This document shows positions 27,363 through 36,073 of a DNA stretch of 64,000 nucleotides, piece after piece (the stretch's first letter is position 1; every line of letters starts with the position of its first letter). Source of the DNA: an uncultured Synergistaceae bacterium (GTDB lineage Bacteria; Synergistota; Synergistia; Synergistales; 79-D21); contig CAZFSR010000002.1 of assembly GCA_964521575.1 (NCBI GenBank), positions 28,740 to 92,739 on the forward strand, read 5' to 3'. Made by a program: the position numbers and the translations under genes. Below the pieces are notes generated by a model, which was not told the origin of the DNA, did not search any database, and was given only the letters and a program-made list of their open reading frames with translations.

Positions 27363-27932
27363 TTGGAATTCGTCCAACCGATTCGTGACAAAAAACAAAT
27401 CGAAGCCATAAAGAAGATACTGATGGCAAGCGAACTCCGAGACTATACACTTTTTGTCTTAGGAATAAACTCTGGATTACGAATCTCAGACCTTTTAAGA
27501 CTGTCCGTTGGCGACTGCCTAGATGAAAGAGGACGACTCCGGGATCGAATTACCATCCGTGAAATCAAGACCGGTAAAACAAAAGATTTTCCACTCGGGA
27601 AAAACGCTACGAAGGCCCTGAATGATTACCTACAAAAAACAAGTTTGACCACTTCGTCTCCACTTTTTCCGTCCAGGAAGGGCAGAAATACTGCTATTGG
27701 TAGAGTGCAAGCCTACAAAATCCTAAATGATGCTGCGTTGGCTGTAGGAATAAGGGAGAGGATTGGCACACACACATTGCGCAAAACTTTTGCTTACCAT
27801 GCCTATAAGGCTGGTTACGACCTGAGCATGATACAGAAACTGCTTAATCATTCCGCTCCATCTGTAACCCTACGCTATATCGGAATAACTCAGGACGAAA
27901 TGGACGGAGTCTACCTGAACCTGAACCTTTAG
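27363..27932 (+). CDS. minimal tyrosine recombinase (catalytic domain only, 189 aa)
   Basis: All catalytic contexts are present: GLRISDLL (R), IKTGKTK (K), HTLRKTF (HxxR), LNHS (H) and LRYIG (Y). Only ~30 aa precede the catalytic domain, so there is no SAM-like N-terminal DNA-binding domain. The start is TTG, 8 nt after AGGAGG. Confidence 0.8.
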   Translation: MEFVQPIRDKKQIEAIKKILMASELRDYTLFVLGINSGLRISDLLRLSVGDCLDERGRLRDRITIREIKTGKTKDFPLGKNATKALNDYLQKTSLTTSSPLFPSRKGRNTAIGRVQAYKILNDAALAVGIRERIGTHTLRKTFAYHAYKAGYDLSMIQKLLNHSAPSVTLRYIGITQDEMDGVYLNLNL

Positions 27933-28035
27933 AATTCTCGGCACAGAACGGCCCCTCCGATACTACTTGTAAATGATAGAAAGATGGCCCGGTTTTAGTA
28001 CCGGGCCATCTATGACAAGAAAAACGGGGCCTTCT

Positions 28036-28064
28036 CGGTTCACCCCCGCCAGTGCGGGGAAAGG
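28036..28064 (-). repeat. solitary type I-E-like CRISPR repeat
   Basis: The plus strand reads CGGTTCACCCCCGCCAGTGCGGGGAAAGG. Its reverse complement fits the I-E consensus (TTCCCCGC-NNNN-GCGGGG-TGAACCG), including the palindromic stem and the terminal GAACCG. No second copy occurs at ~61-bp spacing and no I-E cas genes are in the window. Confidence 0.5.
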
Positions 28065-28144
28065 TGCTGGACTGCTCCCGAAATCTTTCCTATGTATGAT
28101 ATCGAGGTCGTTCTGAGAAAACAACTTTTTTGACTACCAGTTTT

Positions 28145-28320
28145 TGTATTGACCCCCTCCAGAACTGCACATGATATTGTGCAGGAGAAGGGAGAGGGCA
28201 AAGATGACGAAGCAGGAACAAAACGGTGCCAACCAGGACGTGAAACGCTGGACTGCCAAGAGAAAAGCGGCCCATGTCCTGTATGTGTTTAGGAGAACCA
28301 CTCTCCTGCCGCCCTGCACC
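28145..28320 (+). mobile_element. remnant of an IS3-family element (left inverted repeat plus 5' part of orfA), related to the copy at 832-2010
   Basis: TGTATTGACCCCCTCCAGAACTGCACATGATATTGTGCAG is nearly identical to the 2010-end of the full IS. The encoded MTKQEQNGANQDVKRWTAKRKAA then diverges and terminates. The rest of the IS is missing. Confidence 0.7.
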
Positions 28321-28381
28321 CTATACCCCATTCACGGGTACCCCAATTAATCGGCTGCCTCTTCGAAATTCGACAATTTTT

Positions 28382-28417
28382 GCTCTACATCCCTGAAGAG
28401 GATGACCCATTGAAACG
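28382..28417 (+). repeat. degenerate, oppositely oriented copy of the I-C array repeat (orphan crRNA-like repeat)
   Basis: GCTCTACATCCCTGAAGAGGATGACCCATTGAAAC compares with the array repeat in transcribed sense, GCTACATCCCCTCGCAAGAGGGGATGAGGATTGAAAC. About 30 positions align. It keeps a hairpin (CATCC/GGATG) followed by ..ATTGAAAC, but it lies on the strand opposite to the array. Confidence 0.45.
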
Positions 28418-29274
28418 ACCAGAAGAAAAGCTCTTGATTAGCTTCTTGAATTTTAAGGGGACCCATAGTAAGCAAACAACTTTTTGGAGCACCTAAAAAA
28501 TCTCCGCTGTCTATCCTCTAGATCCATTCGATAATTTTGGCAAATTACCCATGTAACTTCTCAAGTGTGGCGAACACGACCTCCAGAACCTTGAGGCTTC
28601 AGACAGTTCATAAGCCAAGCCGTCGGGCTAGCCTTACCAGATCCCCCTCTTCAAGGAACCAATCCTCTACTTCACGAGTTTTTTGCAAGAGGGGAAGCTG
28701 CTCTCGGAACTTCTTTCTTGATCACCCCATCAAGTTCACAGTGAGGGGCGTACGAACTGAACCCCCAGAGTAAACGCAAGGAATCCGTCCATCCAGTTTT
28801 TCCCCTCGCAGGCGAACCCTTTCCCGTCAACCCCACGGGAAAAAAGCCCCCCATCCTTGGCGTTTTTCGTTGTAGCAAACCGACGCAATATCCGGGCTAT
28901 CGGGTATTAACGCGTTTTTGCCAGACAAGTAACCGATAGCCTTTGGAGCCGCATGGCGACCGGGTTTGAAGCGTTTCGAAGGAGGCTAAAAGCCATTTTT
29001 CGTAGCGGCCCTCGAATTGCCGCTTTTCCGGTCGGATTTGGAGCTACCGCGGCCCCGGCCGACGCGAACCTGGCGTTCGAGCTCGGCCATGGCGTCGGGT
29101 GCCACAGGAAGTGGCACAAGAGCCTACATTTCCAGCGGTGAACGGCGATCTCCCCGTTGATTAGAGACATAATGTCGGGTTTCCGGTCATCTTGTCGGCT
29201 TCCCGGATACCGGACTTTTGGTGGAAATGTAATTGCTTTTAACTTGTAGTTTGCGCAACAGGAGCAATCAGGAC

Positions 29275-30770
29275 ATGTCAATCCTCATCCCCTCTTGCGA
29301 GGGGATGTAGCTCCGTGGCTTGCTCGGCACCGTTTCCGCTGGCTCGTTTCAATCCTCATCCCCTCTTGCGAGGGGATGTAGCGAACACCCGCTGGCTGAA
29401 ACTTTCTCGGCAATGGTGGTTTCAATCCTCATCCCCTCTTGCGAGGGGATGTAGCCCGGTCAACGGTCAAAAGGGCCTTTGCCGCAGGGGAGTTTCAATC
29501 CTCATCCCCTCTTGCGAGGGGATGTAGCTCCGAGGAAAACGAAGCAAAGCTCTTTGAACTGTACGGTTTCAATCCTCATCCCCTCTTGCGAGGGGATGTA
29601 GCCCCGAAGGAAAACGGACCGCCGCAGGGGCGATCCTGGTTTCAATCCTCATCCCCTCTTGCGAGGGGATGTAGCCACAGCACTACTCCACCGCTACGTT
29701 CGCGTACCAATGGTTTCAATCCTCATCCCCTCTTGCGAGGGGATGTAGCAACAATGGGGCAGGCCGTTTGTCTGACGTTGGCGGAGTTTCAATCCTCATC
29801 CCCTCTTGCGAGGGGATGTAGCTCCGAGGAAAACGAAGCAAAGCTCTTTGAACTGTACGGTTTCAATCCTCATCCCCTCTTGCGAGGGGATGTAGCCCCG
29901 AAGGAAAACGGACCGCCGCAGGGGCGATCCTGGTTTCAATCCTCATCCCCTCTTGCGAGGGGATGTAGCCACGGCTCAATCTTCATGGGCGGCCTCCAGC
30001 TTGGCGTTTCAATCCTCATCCCCTCTTGCGAGGGGATGTAGCGTACGGGTCGTACAGCCCGACCAGCCCCGTGCGGGGGTTTCAATCCTCATCCCCTCTT
30101 GCGAGGGGATGTAGCCGGAGCGGTCCTGCTTGGCCTGCTGGATGTGCTCGATGTTTCAATCCTCATCCCCTCTTGCGAGGGGATGTAACCCCGACAAATC
30201 GCCTGCCGTATCGAGTCCTGCGGGGTTTCAATCCTCATCCCCTCTTGCGAGGGGATGTAGCGTATGCGACCGTGGCGTTCTGCTTGACCGTGGAGAAGTT
30301 TCAATCCTCATCCCCTCTTGCGAGGGGATGTAGCTCGGGGTTGACCTGACGCGCTTGTCGATGACGTGCACGTTTCAATCCTCATCCCCTCTTGCGAGGG
30401 GATGTAGCGTCGTTGACGGCCCGTCCGCCGACGGCACCCGCGTGGTTTCAATCCTCATCCCCTCTTGCGAGGGGATGTAGCGGGCAGGTGTACCGTTGAA
30501 CCTGCCTCGGACCGAAGGTTTCAATCCTCATCCCCTCTTGCGAGGGGATGTAGCCCGAGCAGTTTGAGGATGTTCGGCACCGTCACGCCGGTTTCAATCC
30601 TCATCCCCTCTTGCGAGGGGATGTAGCCGTCGCCGTCGGTCGAGGCCTTCCCGGCCCCGCCGTTTCAATCCTCATCCCCTCTTGCGAGGGGATGTAGCTG
30701 ATTGATGACGAGGATACAAGTTTGCTATTGAAGGTTTCAATCCTCATCCCCTCTTGCGAGGGGATGTAGC
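29275..30770 (-). CRISPR. CRISPR array with 21 repeats of 37 bp and 20 spacers of 34-37 bp; type I-C associated
   Basis: The plus-strand repeat is GTTTCAATCCTCATCCCCTCTTGCGAGGGGATGTAGC. The minus sense ends in ATTGAAAC, so transcription is co-directional with the cas genes from the leader at 30771-30951. Repeat starts are 29275 (degenerate first 3 nt), 29346, 29419, 29492, 29566, 29639, 29713, 29786, 29860, 29933, 30006, 30079, 30153 (G->A variant), 30225, 30298, 30372, 30445, 30518, 30591, 30662 and 30734. Confidence 0.97.
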
Positions 30771-30951
30771 AGCCCGTTCGGAAATCCTTCTGACTGAAGG
30801 CTTATGGAGGCAGTTTCCGCGAACCTCCTTTTCAAGGTTCCAGAAAAACTTCTTAGGCGCATGCAAAATCCTCAAAAACTTAGTTTTTGCAATATCCGCG
30901 AACCTACAGAGGTTTCGGCATCACAGGTGGTTCGCGTAGCCCGGAATGTTT
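30771..30951 (-). promoter_or_regulatory. CRISPR leader (between the cas2 stop and the first repeat)
   Basis: This AT-richer 181-bp spacer lies next to the non-degenerate end of the array. It contains TCCGCGAACCT twice (30816-30826, 30895-30905) and the inverted core GGTTCGCG (30929-30936). Confidence 0.55.
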
Positions 30952-31248
30952 TCAGAGAACCAGAGGTCCTGGTTCCACGACCTTTACAACCTGTCCGAAT
31001 ATTATCGTAGCCGACTCCTCCTTCTTAAGGCGGTAAATCCTGACACTATCGACCTTTGCATCTATGCACCCGGAAATCCTGGATGATATTTCCACGAAAT
31101 CTCTTTCCGAGAGGAAACACTCGAAAACAGACTCCTGAACCCGGTTGCCGTAACCCAGACATATCTGGGCGATCGTTCTGAGCCGTTTGCTGCCTTCCGG
31201 GCTGTCGGAATTCGCAATATCGTAGACGACCAGATACTTCGGAGCCAT
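30952..31248 (-). CDS. cas2: CRISPR-associated endoribonuclease Cas2
   Basis: A 98 aa protein (YLVVYDI......RL..IA..C..YG.RVQ.SVFEC) that sits directly downstream of cas1. Confidence 0.9.
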   Translation of the reverse strand: MAPKYLVVYDIANSDSPEGSKRLRTIAQICLGYGNRVQESVFECFLSERDFVEISSRISGCIDAKVDSVRIYRLKKEESATIIFGQVVKVVEPGPLVL

Positions 31249-31256
31249 TTTTCAAC

Positions 31257-32288
31257 CTACCCTGCGACAAACGGAACATACTCACCGCCGGACCGGATTG
31301 CCCGCGCCAAGAGCCTGGCCTGAACGTGGGGCAGCAAGCCGATGGCGACCCGTTCCTTCAGGAGGGAGTGCTGGATTTCTTCGAACTTCCGCTTTTCATA
31401 TTCCCCCAGGAACTTCTTTCTCCCCGTGTCGCTTAGGAGGACCGAACCCCCTTCGAAAAAGTCGAAATCCCTGGCTCCCATCTGCTTGAGGTTGAGAAGG
31501 CTCAGGATCAGCCGGTCCGCGAAGAAAGGCCGGAATTCCTCCATGAGGTCCATGGCCAGGGAATCCCGCCCGACTCGGGGTGAATGCATGATGCCCACGG
31601 CCGGGTCGAGTCCGGCCGACCAGAGGGCTGCGGCGCAATCGTTCGCCAGGATGGAATAGGTCAGCGAGAGAAGAGCGTTCACGGGATCCCTCGGAGGCCT
31701 TCGGTTCCGACCGGAAAAGAAAAACCGATCCCGCGTCGTGCTTGAAAACCCGAGGGAATAGACGTCGAAATACGCCCTGGCCGCCGTTCCTTCCAGCCCC
31801 ATGATCTCTGAGACGGAGGGTGCCTTCGGGAGAGCCTCGATGGAAACCTTCATCGTCAGAATCGCATTTTCGACCGCTTCCAGTTCGCCCGGCGTCAGTT
31901 GCCGTTCCCTGGACATCCGGCGCAGGTTCAAACCCGCGTTTTTCACCTTTCCGGCAACAAAGGCCCGGGCAAACACCGCCCTCTGTTCAGGATCCTGGGC
32001 GAGGGCATACTGTTTGAGGCGAAGTGCCACGTTGTCGCGGGAAATGCCCTGCATTCGGTAAAGCACACGCCCGCGGGCCGACAGGGCCGTGAACGTGATC
32101 CGGCTTTCCACCAGGCGGGCCGCCAGGTCCGAGGAATACCGCACATCCCCGAAAACGCAGACCGAAGCGAGCCGGCGCAGGGGAACGCTGACCAGGACCG
32201 CTCCTTCGTTGCGGACAAGAAGGGTCTCGTGGTCCAGGGCCAGATAGACCCCCTGAGTTGTGACGAAAAGGGTGTTCAGGAGTTCCAT
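31257..32288 (-). CDS. cas1: CRISPR-associated endonuclease Cas1 (I-C type)
   Basis: MELLNTLFVTTQGVYLALDHETLLV ... NALLS..YS.L ... H......SLA.DLMEEFRP are typical Cas1 motifs. The start at ATG 32288 has the RBS GGAGG. Confidence 0.9.
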   Translation of the reverse strand: MELLNTLFVTTQGVYLALDHETLLVRNEGAVLVSVPLRRLASVCVFGDVRYSSDLAARLVESRITFTALSARGRVLYRMQGISRDNVALRLKQYALAQDPEQRAVFARAFVAGKVKNAGLNLRRMSRERQLTPGELEAVENAILTMKVSIEALPKAPSVSEIMGLEGTAARAYFDVYSLGFSSTTRDRFFFSGRNRRPPRDPVNALLSLTYSILANDCAAALWSAGLDPAVGIMHSPRVGRDSLAMDLMEEFRPFFADRLILSLLNLKQMGARDFDFFEGGSVLLSDTGRKKFLGEYEKRKFEEIQHSLLKERVAIGLLPHVQARLLARAIRSGGEYVPFVAG

Positions 32289-32310
32289 TTTCGTGCCTCC
32301 GCGCCTGAGG

Positions 32311-32940
32311 TCAGGATTCCAGCTTGAAAAGCTCCTTCGCGGCCACATGGACAGCATCGAACCCCAGCCCCGGAAGGCAGACATCCTCAAAGCTGCACTT
32401 GAGGCAGGCCTTCCGGTCCTCGGGAATCGGGGGAAGCCCGTCTTCCCGGAGCAGGGCTCTCATCCTCGGGAGGATATCAGTGATCGAGGAACGGATTGTC
32501 TCATCCAGGACTACGGAAACCCGCCGCTTCGAGCCCATGTAATAGAGGGCCCCGCAGGGGATCGGCCTGCCGAACATCTCTTCCAGGCAAAGGGCCTGGG
32601 CGCACAGCTGGAGATTGTTGGCCCGTCGCTGCTGCCGTTTTCCGACCTTGTACTCCACGGGAACGATGCTTCCGTCGGGAGGGAATTCCACGGCGTCGGC
32701 CCGGCCGATGAGGCCCAGGCTGTCGGACCAAAGTGGGATGCCCCGGACGGTTTTCGTTCCATCCGGGGCGCATGATTCGGCTCCCATATCGTGGACCCGT
32801 TCGTGAGCCAGGCGGCCCGCCAGGGTGAACTGGTTGTCCTCGAACACCTCGTCTCTCGCGATGAGGACGAAGCGCCTCGGGCAGTGGACGCAGTGCATGA
32901 TCCAGGAAAGCTGAATCAGGATCGGTTCTGCGACATCCAT
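32311..32940 (-). CDS. cas4: CRISPR-associated exonuclease Cas4
   Basis: It has an N-terminal Cys (HCVHCPRRF), a RecB-type nuclease core (GR.D...., VEYK.G) and a C-terminal CLKCSFEDVC cluster. Confidence 0.9.
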   Translation of the reverse strand: MDVAEPILIQLSWIMHCVHCPRRFVLIARDEVFEDNQFTLAGRLAHERVHDMGAESCAPDGTKTVRGIPLWSDSLGLIGRADAVEFPPDGSIVPVEYKVGKRQQRRANNLQLCAQALCLEEMFGRPIPCGALYYMGSKRRVSVVLDETIRSSITDILPRMRALLREDGLPPIPEDRKACLKCSFEDVCLPGLGFDAVHVAAKELFKLES

Positions 32941-32968
32941 GACCAGCTCGCCCCGGCGCGAAAGGCGC

Positions 32969-33931
32969 CTACCAGGTGATCCGGGTCAGGGTGACCCCTT
33001 CGGGAAGGGCATCAGCGTCCACGGTGACCTCGTAGTTGTCGTAGGACTTGGGGGCACCGACCCCTTCCTTCCGCTCGACTTTCACGGTTCGGTAGAGATC
33101 GTCCGGCTGAGCGTTCCCAAGGGCGGAGTCGTGTGTGAAGACCAGGATCTCCCGCACCGTTTGGCGGCCGCTGGAAGCGGACTTGTTTCCCGTCCAGCAC
33201 CGGGCAAGGGCGATCCAGAGGGTTGCGAGATCCTCGGGATTGATCGGGGCCCTCTTGGCGAGAAGGGGGTCGAAGCTTGCGAACCCCTCATACAGTCCGT
33301 AGAAGATTCCGGGTTTGCGCCCCATCTGTCCGGAAATGGCCCGTTCGTCGTCAACGCTTCCGCCCTTCACGTCGGTGGCGTTGGTCAGGGACGTGCGGGT
33401 GATCGTGTGTTCCTGCGGGAAGATCTGGTCCACCGAGCGCGAGAACTCGAACTGGCATGGCCCGTGAACCTGCCCGCAGTTCCATTTAACGTTCTTACCC
33501 CCATCGGTCTTGCCCGTCGTCATGACGGCCCCGAACATCCGGACATCCCAGAAGTTCTGGCACATCCAGACCCTTGTGGCGTCGATGTCCTTCGGGTTGT
33601 TCCCCGGCTTGAGGCCCAGGGTGTCGTAGGCTTCCTTCTGCATGTTGGCCAGGATGGCACCCCTGGAGAAGTAGATCCGGAAGCCGGGTTCCCCGTCCTT
33701 GGTCTGCGCAACGAAATCCCGGATTTTCCTCTTGATCGAGGCGTCCGTCGTGAAGCCGTGCCCCGTCATGATGTCCATGCGCGGCATGTTTCCGTTGTCG
33801 GGGTCCCCGTTGGGATTCCCGTTGATGACATCGAAGAGGAACAGGACGTCATGCCGGACGGCCGGGTTGCAGACGGGCAGCTCGTTGTTGATCTCGGCCA
33901 GGCGCACCTTCGCGATTTCGTTCGTCTTCAT
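32969..33931 (-). CDS. cas7: type I-C Cas7 (Csd2)
   Basis: It has the Csd2 hallmark FLFDVINGNPNGDPDNGNMPR, is 320 aa long, and sits between cas8c and cas4. Confidence 0.9.
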   Translation of the reverse strand: MKTNEIAKVRLAEINNELPVCNPAVRHDVLFLFDVINGNPNGDPDNGNMPRMDIMTGHGFTTDASIKRKIRDFVAQTKDGEPGFRIYFSRGAILANMQKEAYDTLGLKPGNNPKDIDATRVWMCQNFWDVRMFGAVMTTGKTDGGKNVKWNCGQVHGPCQFEFSRSVDQIFPQEHTITRTSLTNATDVKGGSVDDERAISGQMGRKPGIFYGLYEGFASFDPLLAKRAPINPEDLATLWIALARCWTGNKSASSGRQTVREILVFTHDSALGNAQPDDLYRTVKVERKEGVGAPKSYDNYEVTVDADALPEGVTLTRITW

Positions 33932-34022
33932 GGGCGATCAGTCTCCTCTCTGTATTTATCCGGGGGCATTCCCCGGGCCGTTTTAAGATTCGGCGCCGCA
34001 AGTTCGGGAACCGGTTCCAGTC

Positions 34023-36071
34023 CTATTCTTCCGAGGGGGTTTCCCCTTCCTCTTTCTCGGCCTTCGGGGCGAACCTCTGGTGGTAGTACCCCAGCCCGAA
34101 CATGGCCCGTTCTTCCATCGTCAGGTATTTCGGGAAGGATTCAGGCCTGGCCTCCAGGTGATTCATGATCCCGCCCAGGACCTTTTCCAGATACACCTGG
34201 AGCCCCTTCTTTTCCTTCCCCAGCTTCGAGAGGTGGCTCTTCGCCAGCGGGAGCAGGAGCGGGTAGACGCCTGCAGGGCTTGAGATGGCGGCGCTGAAGT
34301 GCTTGTCCACGATGGAGGCGTTTACGCTTCCCCCCATCGCGTTCCGCTGGATATCCTCGAGAACCGCCATCAGGCGCCCGAGAAGATATCCCGTCGAGGT
34401 GCAATCCGCGTTGAGTCCGGCCAGCTTCTCCACGTCGACACCACTCTCCTTCAGGTATGTTTTTCCGGGAACGGACCGGAGCAGCCAGAGCTTGAACAGC
34501 ACCGCCATTTCCCGTAGCATTCGCAGGTCTTCCATGGTCTTGCCGCTCCCCGTCGTAACCATGGCCTTCCCGTACCGGCGGAGAGCCCGGTCCAGGATTT
34601 CCGTCGACAGGGGGGCGTCGAAGAAGGCAGAAAGAAACAGATCCGTCATCACGCGCCCCTTGAGGCCCTGGTTTTTCTCCAGCGACTTCAGGTCGCACAC
34701 CGTTTTTGCCAGGTCGGACAGCCCGTAGAACTCCCTAAAGGGCGATGTCTTGCCCTCTTTCACGGCTAACTCTGGCATCACGAGCTCCTGGTCCAGGAAC
34801 CACTGGCGGATGCTGCTCCGGACGTGGTCCTCGCGATCCTGGTACCAGCCGGACACGGCCGCTCGCCCCATGTTGGCCGTCAGGAAAAGGCAGTGGAACA
34901 TGTCGGTCATCCCGACTCCCGGCCTCTTTCCAGTCTCGACGGACATGAAGGCCTTCCGGAGCGCATCGGGATCGCGGGCTTCCAGGATGTTCAGGAAATC
35001 CTTTTCTCCTGTATCCGTCCAGAAGACGGCCATCCGGCCTCCGAGATAGAACCGAGAATCCTCGCGCTGGATGAGGGTATTCAGCGTTCTCCCGTATTTT
35101 TCGACACAATCCAGGCAAACCGGAGCGAACAGGGCATTCTTGAAGCCGTAGGATTCGAAATTCTTGTCATCGTTGTTGGCGATGAGTGCCGAACCGGTTG
35201 ACTGCCCCTTGATCTTCCCCAGCCGGGCCGTGATGTGGTGTTTTGTCGCGGGAACCTTGACCTCTCCGCAGATCAGGCAGGTTTCGGCGGGAACATCCGA
35301 GACGAACCTTGCCCGAACTCTTTCGGCCCAGTAGGCCCGTGTCTCCGGCAGGTAGGAAGGATCCGCCAGGTCCGCTTCAAGACCCTGGACCACGAAAACG
35401 CAACGATCGGCCGCGTTCATGCCGGAGGGAATGGGGATCCCCTTCGTTGGCGGATGGGGGAAGGAAAGGGCCCGCAGGGCCTCCTCTTGGCAAATGAAGG
35501 GGATGTTGGCCGCCCTGGCCTGATCCAGCCCGGAAAGAAATGCCTCGACCGCCCGCATGGCGGGTGGAACGGATCCATTTTGCGCGGCATGAGAAATGCA
35601 TTCCGCGACGACAGCCCGGAAAGAAACGAACTGGTCAGGAACCTTCCTCAGGTTTTTAACGTAGTCGTCCCTGGTCTTGGCGCTGGGATTTTCCAGGGTC
35701 TTCGGATCCTGGCCGGGAAACCCGAGAGCATAGGCCGCGGTATCGGCGAAGGGAAACGCCTCAATGCTGGACCGGGTCACGTTTGGAACCGTGCGTGATG
35801 CGCCGGGATCCTTGCGGGGCTTGCGGGGTTTGCCAGAGGCCTTGCCGGCTACTGCCGCCTGGACCTCTTCCTGGACAGCTTCGTCCGAATCCTGTTCCTC
35901 TCCTTCCGCGTCCGGATCAGAAGGGTTGCCGACCGTCCTCAAGATCGGCTCCACAAGGTTCCCCTGGAGGTCGACGCGGATGATCCAGGGAACGGGCAGC
36001 CGATCGTAAAAGGGGGGGTTATCCTTGTCGACGACCGTGTCGTAAAGTTCTGCCAGTTCTTTCAGGAACAT
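34023..36071 (-). CDS. cas8c: type I-C Cas8c (Csd1), large subunit
   Basis: A 682 aa protein located between cas5 and cas7. Its N-terminus (MFLKELAELYD...PPFY) and overall size match Csd1. Confidence 0.85.
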   Translation of the reverse strand: MFLKELAELYDTVVDKDNPPFYDRLPVPWIIRVDLQGNLVEPILRTVGNPSDPDAEGEEQDSDEAVQEEVQAAVAGKASGKPRKPRKDPGASRTVPNVTRSSIEAFPFADTAAYALGFPGQDPKTLENPSAKTRDDYVKNLRKVPDQFVSFRAVVAECISHAAQNGSVPPAMRAVEAFLSGLDQARAANIPFICQEEALRALSFPHPPTKGIPIPSGMNAADRCVFVVQGLEADLADPSYLPETRAYWAERVRARFVSDVPAETCLICGEVKVPATKHHITARLGKIKGQSTGSALIANNDDKNFESYGFKNALFAPVCLDCVEKYGRTLNTLIQREDSRFYLGGRMAVFWTDTGEKDFLNILEARDPDALRKAFMSVETGKRPGVGMTDMFHCLFLTANMGRAAVSGWYQDREDHVRSSIRQWFLDQELVMPELAVKEGKTSPFREFYGLSDLAKTVCDLKSLEKNQGLKGRVMTDLFLSAFFDAPLSTEILDRALRRYGKAMVTTGSGKTMEDLRMLREMAVLFKLWLLRSVPGKTYLKESGVDVEKLAGLNADCTSTGYLLGRLMAVLEDIQRNAMGGSVNASIVDKHFSAAISSPAGVYPLLLPLAKSHLSKLGKEKKGLQVYLEKVLGGIMNHLEARPESFPKYLTMEERAMFGLGYYHQRFAPKAEKEEGETPSEE

Positions 36072-36073
36072 GC

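Noticed and set aside
28420-29274. Small ORFs on both strands between the IS3 remnant and the distal end of the array (e.g. 28537..28773, 28672..28878, 28907..29281, 28953..29141)
   Set aside because: Only short broken frames are present, such as fragments like QKTREVEDWFLEEGDLVRLARRLGL* that look like gene debris. None has an RBS or an intact domain. I treat them as decayed remnants rather than genes.
29315-30349. ORFs 29315..29527, 29439..30041, 30026..30349 and 30130..30333 with repetitive SSSPLARGCS / NPHPLLRGDVA peptides
   Set aside because: They are translations of the CRISPR repeat itself, so the periodic peptide repeat equals the 37-bp DNA repeat. They are not genes.
32939-34168. 409-aa plus-strand ORF opposite cas7 and the cas8c 3' end, and similar ORFs 37048..38196 and 35235..35798 opposite cas3/cas8c
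   Set aside because: These are antisense shadow frames with low-complexity composition, and the cas genes on the minus strand are unambiguous.
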